A stretch of 64,000 bases of DNA from Oikopleura dioica (lineage: Eukaryota > Animalia > Chordata), in contig OU015568.1 of the NCBI GenBank assembly GCA_907165135.1, forward strand, positions 15,635,208 through 15,699,207. The letters are read 5' to 3'. Of this stretch, positions 59,881-64,000 are shown piece after piece. The first letter of the stretch is position 1. The number at the start of each line of letters is the position of its first letter. The translations under genes and the position numbers were made by a program. Under the pieces are notes generated by a model, which searched no databases, had not been told where the DNA came from, and saw nothing but the letters and a program-made list of their open reading frames with translations.

Positions 59881-62107
59881 ATGTGGAGAATCCTATGTCT
59901 AGCATTGTCAGTCTTAGCAGAGCTCTCAACTAAGAACTCGGTAACGCCGTCAACGGAAGAATTAGGGAATTGAGAGAGAATTATTTTCAGGCCCCAGCTA
60001 TCGCATCAAGATGCAAGAGACTAGCCCAGAAGCGAGAGAACGGAGTGTGGACCTCTTCAAAGGTCTCGTCCACCTGTAGCACTTACGATGACGAAGAAGC
60101 TGTTCGTATTTGCAAAGAGGTTCGTTTTCGTTATTTCTTGATGCTGAAAATATCAGCAGAGAATCTATCGAATAAGTTTCTGAAGCATAATTGATCTAGT
60201 CTGACACTTTGGGCCGCGATCGATGCCAAATTGGCCATTTAGCAGCTTTTAGATATTCTTATTCCAACAGACTTTGTCCAGTCTGAGCTGCAGGTCCTAT
60301 TCGAAAATAGTATGCTTCATTGATTTAGATATTTCTCTGCTTTAAACCAAGATCAATTGACAGATTAACAGTGGCGCGCAGACTGGACAAGTGCAATAAA
60401 AATGACCATTTTTCGTCGCCCAATATTGACAAAAGGTTTATCTGTCTTTAGGCTTTCCCCTCCCTGTTCATTATTGGAGTCCGACCGACAGGTGCTGAGC
60501 ATGTTGAGGGACCATGGTGTCAGGCTACTCACGAGGACTGGTCCCGACCGTGCAAGGGAAAAGGACACATGGTGATGGTTTACGAATGCCTTCATCGGGA
60601 CAATAATCAAAACTTGCGCAAGGAAATTAAACACCAGGAAGAATTCGTTATCCCTCGAGTGAGTCCCTAACTGATCCATAATTGGATAGAAATAATTTCT
60701 TATCCAGGGCGATTATGAATTCACTACTACCACCAAACGACCAACAACTCCTCCGACAACATCAACCACAACATCTACAACTACAACAACAACCACGACA
60801 ACAACCACAACTACTACTTCAACCACCACAACCACTAGAAACAAAGCAGATATCCCAACTGGTCCTCCAGGTAAAACAAAACTTTCTGACTGAAATTTTA
60901 TACAAAATTGTAGCTCTTGCTGTTCCCCCAATGTGTGCATTCCGCCACACACCAAAAGTCATCAACGGCGACAACTGCAAAGATGTCACAAGCTGGCGAA
61001 CAGTTGCCCAAGAGTAAGTTATAGATAGCCCATTTAATATTTATCGAAATGACACAATTCTACGCTCAATTTAGCGTCTGTGGCGAGACTGATTTCGAAC
61101 TTCACTCCTTTGCGCCATTGGCAACTTGTGAAGATCATGATGTTTACCAGGGCCTCCAATTCGTCTGCTGTCCACCAAGTGAGTTTTTTTCTTTCATAAA
61201 ATATGCAAGTTGTTATTCGAATTTCGAACTGGCATTCAATGAATATGCGGTAAATTGGCTTTCACTTTCTTGAATTTACAAATGTAATTTTGAGTTTTAT
61301 ATTCGCAGTCAAACCATCTGCATAAATTATAAGACCTTCACCGATATTATTCAGTCACTCAAGATAAAAAACAGCCAACTCCAGTAACCGAAGATGCTCC
61401 AACCGATAGTAATATCCAATAACAACGATTCCTTCCTTAATCTTGACCTTTTTAGAAGTCTATGACCTCCCAGTGGCAATGGCGATTAAATCGTCCCCAA
61501 GGGATGTTGAAGGTGAGTGCTGCCCCTTGTGCTAATTTATTTATAAAATTCAAAATTTAGTGAGCCGAATAGAGCTTAATGGGACCCCATCTGTTGCTGC
61601 AGCCGCCGTTGCAGTCGGTGCCGCCTGTGTTCTTCTTCTTACGGCTTTGGCAGTTATTACTGGTAAGACAATGGAATACTGTATTGGATAAGCAGTTGTG
61701 TAAACCGATTATTTGGGAAGCACTTGTCTAATGAGTCGATGATCGGACTCGGGATTAAGCGGGCGATTACAGTAACCGCACAGCACTAAGTAGCACAATG
61801 AGCTCCTGATGAAACTCTGGCACTTGGCACTCGCCTTTCTTTCTTTCCTTGCCATTGATTTATTCACGAGAGAGTGAATTCTTGACGAGAAAGTGAATAA
61901 ATAAATGTGTGTTCTCTAGTTCGAGGACGACAGCGCGTACGCCGAGAACGACGTTTGGCTAACCAACGCACTCCATTGAGTCCCGAAGAAAGACATTTAC
62001 AGGTAACAACAATCAATTTGAGAGCCAAACTCATCGATTTCATTCAGCGTCTCCAAAGTACTGGCTACGAAAACCCAACTTATCGATTCTTCGAAGCTCG
62101 CCAGTGA
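59881..62107 (+). CDS. APP: Amyloid precursor protein family member lacking E2
   Basis: Signal MWRILCLALSVLA, GFLD cysteines, Thr tract, CuBD ending [34 protein letters not shown]. Confidence 0.88.
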
Positions 62108-62413
62108 CATTTTTGATCATCGAACTTGTAAAACTATCAACTTCTTACAACTTTTTCCCAAAGGAAATTTATCTTCTCCCAATGATTTTAATATTATATA
62201 AAAGAAGTCCCCAATGCGCTCTGTACAACCGACATCATTATTTTACTTTTTAATAAACACATGGAACATACTTATGAATCAAGCAGTCATTTGGTACTCT
62301 TCCTTGATTTTCTTTGAACAATTTATTGGGATGAGGGCAGAATAAGATTGTTGAGAGTCAGAACTCTGCTTCAGAAGGATTCAATTAAACGGTAAATATG
62401 AATATTCTGAATG

Positions 62414-64000
62414 AATTATCTGAATCCGAAACGAGGAACAGCAGAAATTGCACGACGGGATGAAACTTTAACAGACCCTAAGCGTCTACCTTGGGCAGTT
62501 TGTGCTCTACTTTGAGGAGGCCTTGCATGTTTCAGGAAGAGATATGACTCATATCATATGAGTCAAAAACGAATGCTCTGTGAGCTGAAACATTCCTTTC
62601 TAGTTCCTTGAAGTCGATCTGTATTGGATTAATCGACAGACTCGACTGGCTCCTCGTTAGCTTCTCTTTCAGTGAACTTATTTGTCTTTCTGATGTTAAC
62701 AATAATCAAACGCCGTTTAATATAATTATGCCTTGTAAACATTTTCTTTCATATCCAGCGACAAGTAAGGATATCTTCTCATCCTCCGAGCCCTGAAAAC
62801 CTGTTCTCGTGTTTCTTCCAGACTGAGCAATTATCTTTTTGTTCGTTTGTGAAACAGCAGAAGCAGTACTAGAGCAAGAAATAATTGCCTTTTATTGTTA
62901 TTTCACAAAGTCTTCATACCGCGTCGAATGTGGAGATTGAAGCTGGGCTACTTTTCCTTTCAAAGCAGTGTTTCTCCGCTCCGATGCCGCAAATGACGAC
63001 TGTAGCTTCAGTTGATCTTCTCGTAGACCCGCTGCTTCTGTTTGAAATCTGCTGAGTTCTTTCTTCAAAATCTTAATATTAATTGTTCAAAATTGAAGAC
63101 AACGAAGAGAACACTTACTGAAATCTCATTTTTCAGTTGTTCATTATGTTCTTTTGCTCCTGTATTCAGCATTTCCATCCTGATCTGTTTATTTGAATCC
63201 TAGTAAAACATGAAATACCGCTTAATTATTTCATCTTTTTCGTGAATGATGCTTTCTGCTCGTCGAATATCATCCTTTGAAATATTCAGATCTTTCTCTG
63301 TAAGCAAAAGCTGCCTTGACATCTTCTTTCTTTCTCTGGTGATTCCTTCTGAAGATTTTCTCTCTATATGCAGTGTATTTGTCAGCTCGTTAATTGCGGC
63401 TTTGTGTTCGATGTCCGATTTTTTCAGTTCTTCATTTAGCTCCTAGTAGATAACGCTGATGATAATCGTAACAAAATAAATTAATATTTTTTAGAAGGCT
63501 TCATTTTACCTTGATCAAATTGTCGCGCGATATTATTTTTTCTCCAGTTTATCAATTATCTTCTTAGTCTCTTTCTCCTTCAGCGCTAGAAGATGCTCGT
63601 TTCCTTCGGTTTTTGTGTGCATTAGTTGAATAACCTAAGATTTGGAATAAAAAAATGTCTTTTTATTGGAAGATATGAGACTGGAGATGGATATTCAGGG
63701 TCTTTTTCAAACATTTTTGATGGAAAAAATAATTCAAACAAAACTTTTTCGCTTATCAAAAGACCATCGCCCGCAAGCCTTCCCTCGACAAATACTTGAA
63801 ATGATGATGCTTCGATCGAAATTATGATCTTCAAGCAACGAAAATTTCTGCTAGCAGCGAGGTAGAATTTGAGAATGGAGCAAGACTCAAGGGCCAAATA
63901 CAGATGCCTTTACTTAGCGGATATGGCCGTTTCCTTTGACAATGAAAAGTGTTCCGCGAAAAAGGTGCCAGGTGCTGTCATTTTGGTGTCAGTTCTACCT
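62414..64000 (-). CDS. Coiled-coil protein, 5' end beyond window
   Basis: Series of GT-AG exons encoding E/K/L heptads (KEKETKKIIDKLEKK, LKKELSRFQTEAAGLREDQ). Confidence 0.5.

Noticed and set aside
60713-60955. Poly-Val minus-strand ORF / microsatellite
   Set aside because: Antisense of the Thr-rich APP exon.

Overview
Eukaryotic, AT-rich, gene-dense DNA with many 35-100 bp introns, frequent non-GT splice donors, likely trans-splice acceptors and an isolated posterior Hox gene. Together these point to a larvacean tunicate, Oikopleura dioica or a close relative (inference). Recognisable genes: an SDR reductase, a class A GPCR, an inverted pair of oikosin-like/three-finger secreted proteins, an aldo-keto reductase, decayed RING and kelch-like genes, Hox12, a minimal Id/emc HLH gene, BMP3-like, MOGS, CDK4/6, NECAP, DHTKD1, WIP and an APP homologue, plus tRNA-Lys(CTT) and U6 snRNA. 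The left two-thirds is full of non-autonomous DNA transposons: hAT-like with 8-bp TSDs, Tc1/mariner-like, Kolobok-like TTAA, a Mutator/foldback element and a 1.8 kb palindrome filling a Hox12 intron. Highlights: (1) hAT MITEs inserted in coding sequence that can be removed exactly as GC-AG introns (introner behaviour), clearest in the AKR gene; (2) nine non-GT introns sharing an AG|G(A/G/C)...AAAG signature; (3) a 21-copy CAGGTG E-box array between an Id gene carrying a textbook BMP-response element and the BMP3 gene; (4) an APP homologue lacking E2. All gene models were spliced and translated by eye; no searches were run.
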